A stretch of 64,000 nt of DNA from Balanoglossus misakiensis (GCA_040954595.2 CM082598.2:7951097-8015096), one strand, 5' to 3'; positions 24,496-38,162 are shown, counted from the first letter of the stretch. Translations and numbers: made by a program. Notes: a model not told the origin generated them from the sequence alone.

Positions 24496-25769
24496 ATGTT
24501 TATCACATACATAGACCAAGTTTCCATGAAATTGAGCTTCTTTGTGAATTTAAATCATTTCAGCGAAAAAATAGCACTATTTTAAAACGATCGAAAGATC
24601 ATGTTATGCGGTCGGGGTCACATGCAAACGGACATGAAACCGCGATCAGCTGTAGCAATGGCTGTAGTAATAACGGGCCTCGAAGGTTAAGTTTATCGTG
24701 CTAATTCTGAGTGAAATCAGACGAAATACGAGACACAAGAGGTATCACTTCACATGAAGATATTTTTGGTAGGTAAATATGGATGAAAACACTGATAACA
24801 CGGCGAATTCAGAAAACTACGTGTACGTTACTTGGATTGACAGCGCGCGGCCCCATTGTTTACAACGCCGGACATTTTATAACGGGTCGAACAACATTGA
24901 CTTTTCGAATGGAAATTGCAAGCAGCATATGAATGTCAAAATTTTCAAACACTTTAGCAATAAAATCATTGTTGAATATTTATATTGAAGACGTGTCAGT
25001 TTAAAATCTAAGCGCAAACTTTTAATATCCACCACCTGAGACACCTCTCTCTCTGCGTTTTTGGCTTTGAAAACGGAACAAAAAATATACTCGATGTTGG
25101 GTCAAGGTACCTTTCATCTGATTTACATCTCTTCACTATTCTGGCCGATATTTTAAAACCATTAAGTTCCTAAAACTGAAAAAAATACTTCCAGTCTGTC
25201 TATCTCTAACTGAGCGTGTACTGTAGGCTGGGCCATGTTGTTGATTATGTATGTGGGACAAAATGGCGGTTGTGTGAACAGCATGACTTTTCTCGGCTCT
25301 GATTGGCTGAGGGTTCAGTGTGATGGACAGCTGTGGAACCATGAATTGGCAGGTCTGTACATACATGTACATGTCTGTACATATTATTCTTGATGTTGTT
25401 GTAAACATTTCTTTTGTGTCTGTTTCAAAGTCAGATGTGGAGGGTTATAACGCCTTGATTCATAGGCTGTGTGACTTTTGAAAACCATCACTCACATTCA
25501 TGGAAGAGTTTTATCCTAAAAACAGTATACTTCAGTTGTCCCTAATAATAGCCTTTGTGTAAATTTCCCTTCTCTAAAGTGAGACAGAAGTAAAGAAATC
25601 ATCTTCATAATGAAGATGTATGGGATAGCTGGTGAAGTGCTCAATACATTCCCTTCAGTGTGTGTTCCACTAGATGAAACAGTACTACAATGTGGAGGCA
25701 GTACGGATGAGGTGCGTTCAGTTGGCATCCTTCAGTCTTGAGAGATCAATTGAATCTTCATGCTGGGAT

Positions 25770-26300
25770 GCTGGTCTAGATCTGGAACAGCATCAGGTGT
25801 GACTAGTCAATCCAATGTGAGAATGACTGTCTGTCTGATACTTTAAACAGGTGAAGGCTTAGGAGGAGCTGTTTGCCTGGCTTGATGCCTTTCTTCTCTG
25901 TCTCTTGACTCCGCACATTTTGGAGAGCCGTTGCCAACCACTTGTCTTCAGGTCATTCGGTCTGAGGCTAATTTTTAGACTCCCAAGAGTTTGTGTCAAT
26001 GTCCAGAGACTTTGTGTCTTATTTGCAAACATCCCTGTGGTGTAACTGTCAGGTCTGCTTTGGTCTGTTCGCCATTAAGTGTCAGTTCGCCATACAGGAG
26101 GTCTTTTAGGATCCACCCATCATCTGTGAGCACATTGCCAAGCCAGTGTATTGTGTCTCTGCTTCAGCAGACTGTACCAGGTACATGCTAGAAATTCCAA
26201 CTCTCTTCAGGACAGTGGTGTTAGTAACTTTGTCTTGATATTTCACATCCAGGATACGTCACAGGCAGCACATGTGAAAGGGTATTGACCTTATGTTCCT
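25770..26300 (-). mobile_element. 3' remnant of an RTE-clade non-LTR retrotransposon
   Basis: Minus strand, across frameshifts: FHMCCL*RILDVKYQDKVTNTTVLKRVGISSM...HWLGNV...DGWILKDLLYGEL...DVCK*D...IDTNSWE. This matches the typical RTE ORF2 C-terminal region. Confidence 0.8.
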
Positions 26301-29300
26301 CATAGGTGCTCCAAGATCCACTGCTGTACTGTACAAATTAAGGTACTCACAACACAAACACTGCATGAAGATGTGGACATCAGTGTCACACTTAGTAATA
26401 GCCTGCATCCAGTAGTCCCAAAGTAGGAGGGCTTTGCGATTAAGAAGAACAAAGATCTGAGCTAACAAATTGCATAAGGTAAATTGGTCTCCTGGTGAGG
26501 TATATACCATCCACCTGAGCTGGCATGATCTCCAGTATATGCCTTGGTGAAGTACAATGCAATCTCCACTGCACTATTGCTATAATGGCCTGACTATTCA
26601 TAATTCCTGAGGAGCAATGATTCATGGTTGGACAAATATTCATCACATGGTGAGAAACATGTGGATCTGGGAGCCTGCTATAAGATAGCTTGGGGTTGAA
26701 AGCATGAGTTGATGGTCTACCTCAAAGTAGTTTTCAGGAATAGAGTGATCTGACCTGACCCATCCTCCTGGCAAAATATTTTTTCTTGGCTCCCTTGGCA
26801 TTATTTCAAATTGCGTGTATCATAAAAAGGCCAATCAGCTAGACAGGCCTCCCCAATAGAGATAAGTCACAGCTGCTAAAACCATCTCAACACATACCAA
26901 GAACCATAGACAATAGTAAAGAGAAAAGAAAACTAATACATATTTAGATTACAAACTGCGAATGGATTGACTGAGGGAACAGGATCCAGTGAGTACATGA
27001 GTGATAAAAGGATTTGAGAGAATAATTAAACAGAGCTCGTGCCTGGTCGGTTGATGTGGTATTGGCTGTTCTTGTCTACTAACACTACTTGAATGGATCG
27101 GGCTATGTGCTTTCTGGTGATATAGTAAAAGACAGAACTGCATGAAGCTCAGTTTTACGTGCAGGGGTTAATTCCCACGACACTGGACTGCCAGACATGC
27201 AGAAAAAATGGTCTGATGCAAATCAAGACTTGTAGTGAAGCACGAAGGTTGTCAGGTGATTGTCACCATACATTTCACTGCATTTTGAGGCCTGTCCCCA
27301 ATGTGTACCGTCTTTGATGGAAACATTTTTACACTTGAGTGATTTGGCCTGAGCAATATCCATAAGATCCCATTGAAACTGACGGATTTAGGTAAAAAAG
27401 TTGTCATCAAGTTCAGATGACCAGAGGTCTCAGAAAGATGAAGCTGCCCACAACTTGACAGAGCTGACAATATCAGAGATATCAATGACAACACTGGTAA
27501 ATGACACAAGGAAGAGGATCACTATGATCAGAGGCAATACTAGCTGAGAGGTGTATCTTAGTGATCACAGGTGGACGTATACCCCACAGGTGTTGCCTGC
27601 ACCTCAATAATATCATATGTACACGCACATGTACATGTATACCGGTAACCTATAAAATGATAGTTTCGTAATGTGGAAAGAATAGTATGCCACTGGCGAC
27701 AAGGAAAAGGGAATTCTGACAACTGCTAAAAATTAAAGTGACATGGAATATTGGCAGCCAATGGGAAACCCATTTGCTATAAGTACACATTTCTGCCTTG
27801 TGAGCTGAATGCCAAGTTGAACTGTCCTCCAGGGTGGGACCCTGTGGTGATCCATGATTGCTGCATCCCCAAATGGCATGCTAGACACTTGCCTCCGATG
27901 AATAGGGGTATATATGTGACATAGCTGTATCCCAGAAGCCCCGGTGCAGAAATCAGCAGTGTGATATACAGCATGTCTGTTACAGATCGTCAGCCATGCA
28001 CTTCCATATTTGGAAAAATCAGTGATGGGATAAATACCCTTTTTGTCTGTTGGAGTGGGAAATCTGCTGAAATATTCCACTATAGGAGCAAAATAATTCA
28101 CTATATAGACTCCAAGAGTTACTGAACAAGTGTTCTCAGCACAATGCTACTAACCTCCCTCAAGTGATTCTGCTAGATTTCAAGACAGCAGTTATAATAT
28201 GTAAATACGAACCAATGCTAAGTGGACAAAGTTGCAAATACTACAGCTGGGCTGGTGGCTCCATGCCTCATAAAGCAAGATTCTGCAATATTGAAGTCAG
28301 GACACACATGGGCCATAGGAGTATGAAAGTAGAAGTAGCACCCAAACCATACACCTACTAAGGGTGTGGGTGTAGCAAAATGTTTGACACAAGCATTAGA
28401 AGCAAGAGCCTGTAATTTACACAAAGGCTAAGAAGGCAATACAAAGCAGTATACTCTGTTTATATGTTCTCCAAAGATGTTGATCAACATACTCTCTTAC
28501 GTATGTTCTATAATTAGCACATGTTTTTTGAACGTGAAAGAAGACTTCCAATCATTGTAGGGACGAACTCTCAATGTCATGGTCCACATTTTCTGAATTC
28601 AAATCTGTAAGCGATTCCAAATTCTTAACTGAGACCTTGTTTCAAAGGGTCAACGGTTATGATTACAAATTCTACGATTTAGTCTTCCAAGGCTCCGCCT
28701 AATCTAGTTCTTGAATAAAACAGATTTTCCATGGACTCTCCTCGTCAAGTTATGCAAGGCAATCCATTGTTAATGACACTGTCTCTACTGGATCGACAGT
28801 TCAAGGGGCGAAATCATAACACCAAACAAATAACCCACAAAAGTGACAAATTGGCGATGACATGAAGAAATTCACACAAAGTGGTGTCTGCTGGGAGCTG
28901 TATCAAACCTCACTGCAAACAACACGTCACAATACCATCCAATATGGACCAATAGCCACATTAGATTATTCTGTGAAACAAATCAATGAAAATGTGTATC
29001 GTAAAACACAGTCATGGAACCATGTGTAAACAAATTAGATATATTCAAAATCAAAATTGAATGACAGAGAAAAAAAAAATTCTGAATGCAGAGATTTTTT
29101 TTCTGAATGCGCAAGAATTCCTACTCCAAGCTAGGTAGTGGACATTTGCACATGGTACCCCTGACGTCAAGTGTACTATTTTATCGTAAAGCACACAGTC
29201 AGGGAAGTGTAAACAAAACTAGATATATTCAAAATCAAAGAAAATGAATGACTGAATGACTAAGTGATCAAATGTAACCTTTTCTGTACATTATGAAAAA

Positions 29301-30227
29301 AATAATTGTAACTCATAGAAAATTGACATCTTTTCTGAATATTGAAGGTTTGATGTCAAATGGGCAATTTGAATCACTGGTTATCAATTTTGAGAAGGCT
29401 TTGGCAACCAGACCTGATGTATGGATTAACACCTCTCTACAACCCATTGTCTATGGGGCCAAGCCTCAGCGCCTATACATAAACTTTGTGTGTGTGGACA
29501 CAAGCAACTCAAAGGATTAATGCTCTGTGTTTACAAAAGGCACATAGTGTCTCCAAAACTTTTCAAATTTTTATCAGTGTGACCGTGGTATTATAAACAG
29601 GTACCCTACACTTTGAATGACACACACACTTACACCACACAAACAAACAAACAAACAACAAACAAACATAAATACCCTATATATACTATACTATAACAAC
29701 AACTAACAAAATAACGTAATATACATATATAAACAAATAAGCTGTTCAAGTACAGATGTGTACACCAAAATTAACTAAATTTACAAAAATATATAAAAAT
29801 GCATGGCAGGGATGCCCCCAAAACTACCGTAAGCACTGCAAGCTGGGAGTCCATGCGTCTGCGGACCTCTATTGACAGATGAGACATCATGGAGACTGCA
29901 TGGTAGTCAGACTTCTGGTCCAAATCATCTTTGCCAGTTGGCATGGAGATAAATATTCGTCATCCTGCAACACAGCATCTAGTTTCTGCATGGTAATTGG
30001 ACTTCTGGTCCAGATCATCTTTCTTAATAAACCAGTTGGCATAGAGATCAATCTCCACCATCCTGCAGCCCAGAATCTAGTTTCTCGTATCTTAAAAAAG
30101 CAAACAGATGCCATACAGGAATATGTAAGTGATGAGCTGGGGGTGGTGGTGTAAAATGGGGAGTAATTTGACTGCATGTGAAACAAAAGACAGCTTCCCG
30201 CAATCAAAAGCCCTTTATAACTCCAGG

Positions 30228-30629
30228 TAGTCTAGAATCTATCCGTTCGTAGTCGCATTCACCCTACTACCGTCTAGGAACGCCTAACCAAAATCTAGTA
30301 AGGCCATAAAAATGGTAATTTGAATGTGAATAGTCTCCAACTGAGCAGTCTGACGTCAAGCGTCACCATGTGATCATGATTATGTATCATTCGGGGCGGA
30401 GCTACATTGTAAACATAATTAATGATGTTGAATGTTAATTATGTTTACAATGTAGCTCCGCCCCGAATGATACATAATCATGATCACATGGTGACGCTTG
30501 ACGTCAGATTGCTCAGTTGGAGACTATTCACATTCAAATTACCATTTTTATGGCCTTACTAGATTTTGGTTAGGCGTTCCTAGACGGTAGTAGGGTGAAT
30601 GCGACTACGAACGGATAGATTCTAGACTA
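30228..30629. mobile_element. 402-bp near-perfect palindromic MITE with TAG...CTA termini and 9-bp TSD; probable non-autonomous AcademH
   Basis: AACTCCAGG|TAGTCTAGAATCTATCCG...CGGATAGATTCTAGACTA|AACTCCAGG (TSD 30219-30227 and 30630-30638). Arms are ~195 bp with about one mismatch, around a ~12-nt loop. Confidence 0.9.
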
Positions 30630-31834
30630 AACTCCAGGCATTGTCTTTGCAGTACAGAATCCATCAAGTGCAGTCTATATGCAGTCTACATGACAATGAT
30701 TCATCCTCAGTTTTTATGGACTTGTTATTTTGTGCCATTCTAATTGACTTGCTAGGTGTTTTGTTGGATGTTTGTTAAACTTGTAACGAGCAGTAATGAG
30801 CAGAAACTTGCAGTAATGACCAATAACATCCTAGAAATTGACAGAATGGGTAATCACAAATACTGTGGAAATGACAATCGTTTCCAATTTCATAATGGTC
30901 ATCTGAAGTTATGCAATCAGTGTCAATTATCATGACCATTTTCATGGAACTAAACAGTTGTTTAATATCATATCATTGCTGGAAAAAAGTCATCGTCAAT
31001 GACTTCGTTCACGCTGGTTTGATGTTCTTGGTATTTGTGCTCGAGTGTTGGTTAGTTTTTGCATAACTTTACATGTTGTGCGTTGACTTAGATGTTTTCA
31101 TCTATGTGAACTGGCATACATGAATGTTTGAAGAAACTTTACAAACCCCCATATGAATTCCCATCTACATAAAATGGAGCAGCAAACAGTTATATTGATG
31201 TTAGACCAGAGAAAAAAAATCTTGCTCATTAGAGTTTTTTGGCCCTAGTTCCAGGAGCGGCGAGCGAAAAAAAAAAATATATTTTTTGGGGCCGAAGGTA
31301 AACCGCGGTTCTCTGGCATATTTGCACAGATGCAGACATTGCGAGATAATTGCTTCCATTTTAACCAGATATATCTCTGTTTCATGTACTGTACTTGTAA
31401 CTGAATACTATATTTCCCAACAATAACATATAGGCAATTACATATACAGTTGGTGTTTGCACAACAAATTCCAAGTATTTCAACAGGCTCTCAGAATAAA
31501 ATGAAATGCACAGCAAATCACTGAAATCCAACAATTTAGTATTGTCCTTTAATATTGTCCTGGTGGGACCTTGCATTTGAATGTTTTTCATTTTACTTTG
31601 GCCCCATCTCTTGGTCTCTTTACAACTGTCTCTACATTTTTTACAAAATGATCAAAAACCAATGTACAGACTATCTCTCACTGCACACACTGTTCTGGTC
31701 GCGTTAGCCATGTCTAATTTGTTCCAATCTGCACCAAGTTCATCAAACAGCTGAATAATATCATTGTAATAGTTTGTGGGAAACATCTATTTTGTCAGGC
31801 AGACAGACTTCAGTAACAGTGGACATCATGATAA

Positions 31835-32286
31835 AACAAGTGACCTGTCGGTCAAAAGAGCTCTGCTGACTTAAACAGTGTAACCTGGGCAATGATATGA
31901 ATACCCAAGGTTTTAATTCATAACAATTGTATGGGTGAGCACGTTGCTCTGTTGTTTGTGAACATACATGTACAAAGTATTTAGCATATAATTATTGTGA
32001 TTAGCTGTTTGTGAAAGGGATTATACCAAATTTCAGCTCCATCGTACACACATTCTACTTTTAGGTCTAATTTGCATATTCATGACCCCATCAAATCCAA
32101 ATTAACAAAATCAGGTAAGGGCACCATAACACACATTCCCCAACCAAATTTCAGCTAAATATCCCAAGTTGTTTGAAAGAAGAAGATTGAAATACCAAAA
32201 GTTGACGGACGGACGGACAACGGACGGACACTTATCAACCTACTGCTACAGCTCGGCTGACACAAGTGACAGCGAGCTAAAAAAAG
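31835..32286 (+). mobile_element. Non-autonomous Helentron/HINE-like element
   Basis: Starts AACAAGTGACC, contains CCAAATTTCAGCT repeats and (GACG)n at 32204-32229, and ends in the hairpin AGCTCGGCTGACACAAGTGACAGCGAGCT followed by an A run. Confidence 0.65.
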
Positions 32287-34336
32287 GCATTTTGAATGTG
32301 GCTGCCAGTATCAGATGGTGCTGTACAGGCGGAAGTAGTTGGAATGGCTTTGTGTGCATGTTGATTGTCAGAAGTAAACACATTCGAAACTACAAACTTC
32401 ATGTTGAACTCGCTGCAAATTTGATACCTCAGATCCTACTATAACATCAACACAACCATGTGTTTGTCACTGTCATAAATTTTTATACTTTTGATGCAAT
32501 TTTCATTCAATCAAATGCACCATCAATCTGCTGTGACGATCTTGTTAAACTTATTGCATAACGAAACATCAGGACAAACACTGAACAGTGTCTTTTGAAC
32601 AACTCTGTTCACCGTCACATCGAATGTTGGTGATCAACTTAATACTCATGGATGTGACATGTACCAACTTGTACTAATATAGAACGAGGAAATTTGTGCC
32701 CAAAGCTACCCACTTTGCGTTGTCATTCGCCCAAATTCAGACATCAGAACAATGTGTTTGCGGTCAACTCAGTCCAAACATGTCGGAAGTCTAATTCAAA
32801 ATCCTGTGCTCGTGAAAACCTGAGAAAGTGTAGGGCGCCACCAAAGGCAGTACTAAGAAAAGAATATTTGTAATGCAGAAGTAAGAATTTGCACGATCCA
32901 AAAAAATAAAAATTCCAAAACAGCCAAAGTAGAAGCAGCAATTCCATGAACAATTTATTTTTCCTTCCTGGCCTTAAGTCTTAGCATTTTTTTGTCTTTT
33001 TCCACATTATCATTAAAAAAATCTTCATTTCTGAAGTATTAGGCTGACTTCTTTGAAATTTAGTATGAAGCTTCTCACAGGTTGACTGAGATTTTTGTTT
33101 AAATTATTGCAAAACTGCATGTCAGATTGCTTTGAAGTTTGTTAGGCATGTTCCTAGAGGTAACCCCAAAAAGATGCTGTAAAACAATTTGTGATATTTG
33201 CATAATTGCAAGATTGGTAAAATTTTTGCAATTTTTGTCAAAAATTGTTTTCTCTAAAACCGCTTGTCACATTGCTGTAAACTATGGCAGACATGTTCCT
33301 TGAGGTGATTGAAGATATTGTAAAATTATGGAGATATTTGCAAATTTGTGTTTTTTTGCCACTTTTGAACATTCGAATATTGTTTTCTGTGAAACTGATT
33401 GTTGGATTGCTTTTTGTAAATTTCTTTTTGGTTTATATCAAAACTTCTGCAAAACCAATTGTCCAGTTGCTTTGAAAGTTACTCTTTACAAGGAGTTGGT
33501 ACCCCCAACTTAGACATGTTTACATAGCTTTAATAGGCTAGCTGTTACAGAGACCACCATCTATTAAATTTTTAAGAGTGAATGGCAAGTCAGTGAGCGT
33601 CTCTGTCTGTCTGTGTGTCTGCCTGTCTGTTACAGGGCTGACTGAAAGAAGTTGGTCATCATGTGTTTGTACAGACAATTTTTGGTCAAAAACAATTTCG
33701 CCAATATTTTTCCGGAGTCTACAGCTAGTTCAGAAAATAACAACTTAATAATGTGTAGTGGAGATGTCAAAGTTTATTCAAGGCATACTCATAATGTGGG
33801 GCAACTCGTTGCTCCAAAATCCGAACAGACACCGAGCAACTCAGGTGTGTGTCAAGCTAACTCGTGTAACACGACTTATATGCTGCTTATATTCATCATT
33901 GGAAACCACAGGCGTCAGAAAAAATGCTAAATGTCAGTATTTCGTACTGTAAAGTAGCAAAAATCGAAAAATCAGTAGCTTAGATGATATCCCGGTTTCA
34001 CGTCATACGAGTGCTTACGCATGATCAGTCCTTGCCATATACCCTTCTAACACATCAAGGGATCTCTTTATGTGATAGTGGGGTAATTTCTGGACAGGTC
34101 ATATTAGTGGCTCGTTATTTATTCATGCTATGTATCTCTTGCTTTTAATTGCTCATCGCTGTTCGTTATTGCTAATTACTTTCAAATTTGTATCTATCAA
34201 ATTGTCATAAAGGGCATGAGTCCGGTGATGGGCGGGAACTGCATGTGGTTATTTTTGGTCGTTATTGCTCCATATTAAAGGTACACGAGCTGCAACTGGA
34301 TAAAAAATTCCACAATAAGATGGGGTCATAGCTTAA

Positions 34337-34851
34337 AGGTACAATTTTATGAGCTGCAACTGGATAAAAAAATCAGCTTTAAATTATATCATATATGCTT
34401 TGAATTGTGTCTATTAAATGATATTTCATGATAATATATCAAGCTCAACACTTATTTATGACAAAATGGCCAAAAATTAAAGAAAAAACGAAAATTCCTG
34501 CAATTTTTAAAAAAAGTGCAATATTGCAATGAAAAATGAAAATCTGATGTCTCAGTGGTGTACATTTACTTCCATGAGCTCAAGTGGATGAGATCATGTT
34601 TTGTTTATAAAGTTTCATAACCGGAAATGCAACATTTTCATTGTTTCTTGCATTTTCCCACAGTGGTGGCCATATTCGCTTGCGGCAAAGCTTTATTATT
34701 TATTTGGATAAAACTTGCATATGCACTCATATTAAGGGTTTATAATGCTTACAAGTGTATAGTTCACTGCCTTCATCTGCATGGACTAATGGTAGTACAG
34801 TTTGAAACAAAAATTATGATAATTATCCCAAAAGTTGCAGCTTATGTGCCT
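34337..34851 (+). mobile_element. Kolobok-like MITE with TTAA flanks; an extra duplicated left end lies at 34279
   Basis: TTAA|AGGTACA...GAGCTGCAACT at the left end and AGTTGCAGCTTATGTGCCT|TTAA at the right. A second TTAA|AGGTACACGAGCTGCAACTGGATAAAAAA occurs at 34275-34308. Confidence 0.7.
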
Positions 34852-35106
34852 TTAATCATTCTATCTATTTCAAGTTCATTATTGGTCATTACTGTAGGTT
34901 CTGCTTGTTAAAGTGATTCAACATTACACACAACATGTGTCCCTTTTGTGTAATAGACAATTTTGTTGTTTTGGGATGATTTACAACTATATGCACAGAT
35001 TCAGTGTGTAAGGTTGGCTGATCCAGAGTTTAAACTCAAAATGATTAAATCTTGCCAACAAAATGCCAGGATGTAAAGGTCACACAGGGGTCAAGATTCA
35101 CCATAC

Positions 35107-35238
35107 CTTTCAGCAGCATTTTTCCACCAAGATTTCAATATTTTAGCTTTATGGTCGAACGTTGTTAACACCTCCTCCATGCGTTCGAAGTGCTGGTGGT
35201 AGTGTTCTTTGGCTTGTTCATGCTGCAGATTAATCCAG
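35107..35238 (-). CDS. Internal exon of an unidentified gene (helical/coiled-coil-like product)
   Basis: Acceptor TTTCTTTCAG| and donor AAAG|GTATGG bound 132 nt, phase 2-2. It encodes (S)WINLQHEQAKEHYHQHFERMEEVLTTFDHKAKILKSWWKNAAE(R), in frame with exon 37195-37394. Confidence 0.7.
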
Positions 35239-35779
35239 CTGAAAGAAACCCAAGACATTACAACATTAGAGACACTGTAAATCATGTTATTTTCGCGATT
35301 TGAAATTCTTCGTGACATTGAGAGAGGCCACTGTTACACGAGAATTAATTTTCGCGTTCTCATGCACATTGTTCTTTCACAACTATATTTCGCGTATTTT
35401 TTGCTCTCCCGTATTTCGCTTAAATTTATTGCTCCTGAAAATAACCTGTTCCACAGTAGTTGATAGGATGCACAAGACTCGTGGGCTCAAACTGACTCAT
35501 ATTTCAGCAATTTACAGGTTATTTTCAGTGATTTCAAAAATTATGCACCCTCTTCAAGAAACTGCCACATTCCTAGTAAATACACACAAAAATGAAAGCT
35601 AAGATATTATTGAAAAAGACACAATTTAAAAGACGCATAACTCTTCAATGCTGTTCATTTACTTCTTTCACCACATTGGTGGTTTGATCCAAATATGTTG
35701 TTTTCAAAAGTCTGGCCAATATACATGTTCATACAAACAGGGGTGGCCCCTGATGAGAAAATGCAAATCTTATGATTAA

Positions 35780-36945
35780 TAGTGGGGCAGTTAACCTACA
35801 AATCGTGCACTTTGGGTTAAAAGCATGAAACTTGGTACACTTATGCATTGACCCATGGCGGCCATTTTATGATATGGATCCAAAATGACAGCGCCCTCTT
35901 GTGGCCAGAAACTGACATTCATACTTAAAAACAGTGCACTTCGGGTTAAAAGCCTGACACTTGGTACACTTATGCATTGACCCATGGCGGCAATTTTATG
36001 ATATGGATCCAAAATGACAGCGCCCTCTTGTGGCCAGAAACTGACATTCACACTTTCCCCCATTAATGGCACTTTTTGGTCATTTGTAACACTCAGAAAC
36101 ATGAGTGTGGGTTGTAAAACATGCTTGCTACCATACATTCATGTGTATATTATCCTAATCCTGATATACATGTATCAGATCAATCTTGATGACACCTTCC
36201 TTCACAGTAACAATGACCACTGCTGTCAGACTAGACCTAAAGCACCTACAGGAACAGGTGCATGACTTTTTGCAACTGATTTCCTGAGGTTGACTCTTTT
36301 CTTCGGCTTGACTAAGAGTTGTCCAACTTGATTTCCACTGGGATTCTGTTGGTTTGATATAGCTTTGCTAGGTTTCTCATAGCACATGTTCTTTAGGAGC
36401 TGCCTGTATTCTCGAGAACCCATGACTTTCTGGAGAAAAGGTGTTGTCTTACCCCTTTGCATGACTTTGTGTATTCAACTAGTTCTGTTATTTCGAAGAA
36501 CAAATTGTTCAATTAGTAACATACAAGATTGATCTGATACATGTACATCAGGATTAGGATAATATTCAAAGGAATGTATGGCAGCAAGCATGTTTTACAA
36601 CCCACATTCCTGTCTCTGAGTGTTAAACTTGCCCAAAAAGTGTCATTAATGGGGGGAAAAGTGTAAATGTCAGTTTGTAGCCACTAGAGGGCCCTGTCTT
36701 TTGGGATCCATATTGGAAAATGTCCGCCATGGGTCACTGAATAATTGTACCAAATTTCATGCTTTTAACCCGAAGTGCACAATTTAAAAGTATGAATGTC
36801 TGTTTCTGGCCACTAGAGGGCGCTGTCATTTTGGATCCATATCAGAAAATGGCCGCCATGGGTCAATGCATAAGTGTACCAAGTTTCATGCTTTTAACCC
36901 AAAGTGCACAATTATGCCAAACTTTGGGGTTTAGGTCCTGCACTA
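35780..36945. mobile_element. Academ-like MITE: TAGTG...CACTA termini, TAA TSD, ~400-bp TIRs each with two ~129-bp subrepeats
   Basis: TAA|TAGTGGGGC...CCTGCACTA|TAA. Arms 35804-36188 and 36524-36911 are reverse-complementary. Confidence 0.75.
35889..36825. promoter_or_regulatory. Four CTCF-consensus-like motifs in divergent orientation (35889 and 36018 reverse; 36680 and 36808 forward)
   Basis: CAGCGCCCTCTTGTGGCC twice, GCCACTAGAGGGCCCTG and GGCCACTAGAGGGCGCTG resemble the CTCF core CCASYAGRKGGCRS. Binding is not shown. Confidence 0.5.
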
Positions 36946-37194
36946 TAAAGTGAAAAGTGTGTCCTGCAAAATATAATGGGCCATCCGAAGCAGAAATAGG
37001 TCTTATGGGTGCGCGATACTTATGACCATAAGACTCCTTTTCTGGTTGGGATGGCCCAAATGTGACTGCAATATTAGAGTACATACCACATAATCAGACC
37101 GCTTAATTTTTGTTGGCAGAAAGGTGCCACTGTAGTATATCATGTAGCGGTATATTCAACTTTACAAATATATCCAAGTGTACACCACACCTAC

Positions 37195-37394
37195 CTTGTC
37201 TCCTGCTGGAGTGTTTCAAACGTTTGCGCCAATTTCGTGAAATCCATCAACATGGCCTCATTCTGTTCAAGCCACTCTAATTGGATTTTTAATCGTGCTT
37301 GTTGTTTAAGTAGAAGCATTTTACGGCTGTGAAATATCTCTGCTACTTCTTCTATCGTGAGCTTATCTCTGGCATGATGACTCTTGTGCAGAAC
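37195..37394 (-). CDS. Internal exon of an unidentified gene (helical/coiled-coil-like product)
   Basis: Strong acceptor TTTTTTTTTCCTCAG| and donor CAAG|GTAGGT bound 200 nt. It encodes VLHKSHHARDKLTIEEVAEIFHSRKMLLLKQQARLKIQLEWLEQNEAMLMDFTKLAQTFETLQQET plus AG. Confidence 0.72.
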
Positions 37395-38162
37395 CTGAGG
37401 AAAAAAAAACAAAAAAGTGTAAAATATTGCCTGTAGAAGAGGTGTTTCCAGTAGTCTTGTTTTTGGCTGTGTCAGCTAAAAGAAAAAGGCCAGGTATGGG
37501 CTGCCGTCTTGCACAAATTTCTGTCCAGCCATGCCCAAGATGACTGCTTCCAACGTTTACACACAAGTACTGTCAAAGTCAGGTGCACCACACAAGATCC
37601 ATACATCCGTCCATACATACATACATACATAGTACATACACACACAAATACAAACATTTATCACATGAACTGGCCCTGATCACCACCTGTGTGACGTAGA
37701 CCAGGACAGATCAAAAATCCAGATCACCCCTGTGTTACGTCATCAACCGGAACTATTTCCACCGATTCGCCGTAGCTTTGCTGTCAAACAGAAACAGTAC
37801 GTGTAGCGCGCGGCATTTACAATACAGAAATGAAATAAAAAATGACGCTTCCATGACAAGCTTTGTAAGCTCAAAACAGAAAGGTGGAATTTGGAAAGAA
37901 GACAGTCGACGCAACGATCATGGACGCTCATGGCTGTCAAATTTTTGGGTCAGGTACATAGCCTAGGCTAGGTGCAAGTCCGGTACATTCAGAGTCGAAT
38001 CAGAATTGTTTCGAGCCAGTTCAGCGTGACGACTGAACCTCTGTATTCCACCGGTCAACGAAATGTATAAGACGTGGCAACAGGTTGCAGTAAAATTGAA
38101 AGAGAATCGATTACATTTGTGTAAGGCCGAACTTCGAGCGAACTGAACTCAACGGGACGACT

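Noticed and set aside
25195-25226. CGTGTACTG|TA as a candidate right TIR of the Tc1 element
   Set aside because: No matching inverted copy was found upstream of 22573.
26400-28100. Faintly coding-like region, possibly a decayed DIRS/Ngaro-type retroelement
   Set aside because: Too degraded to read a diagnostic motif with confidence; a translated HMM search is needed.
29879-30207. Overlapping 91/106-aa ORFs over a ~100-bp tandem duplication
   Set aside because: No recognisable domain or convincing splice sites.
31400-32950. Minus-strand fragments that look like an old coding sequence split by the HINE-like insertion
   Set aside because: Multiple stops and frameshifts and no identifiable family.
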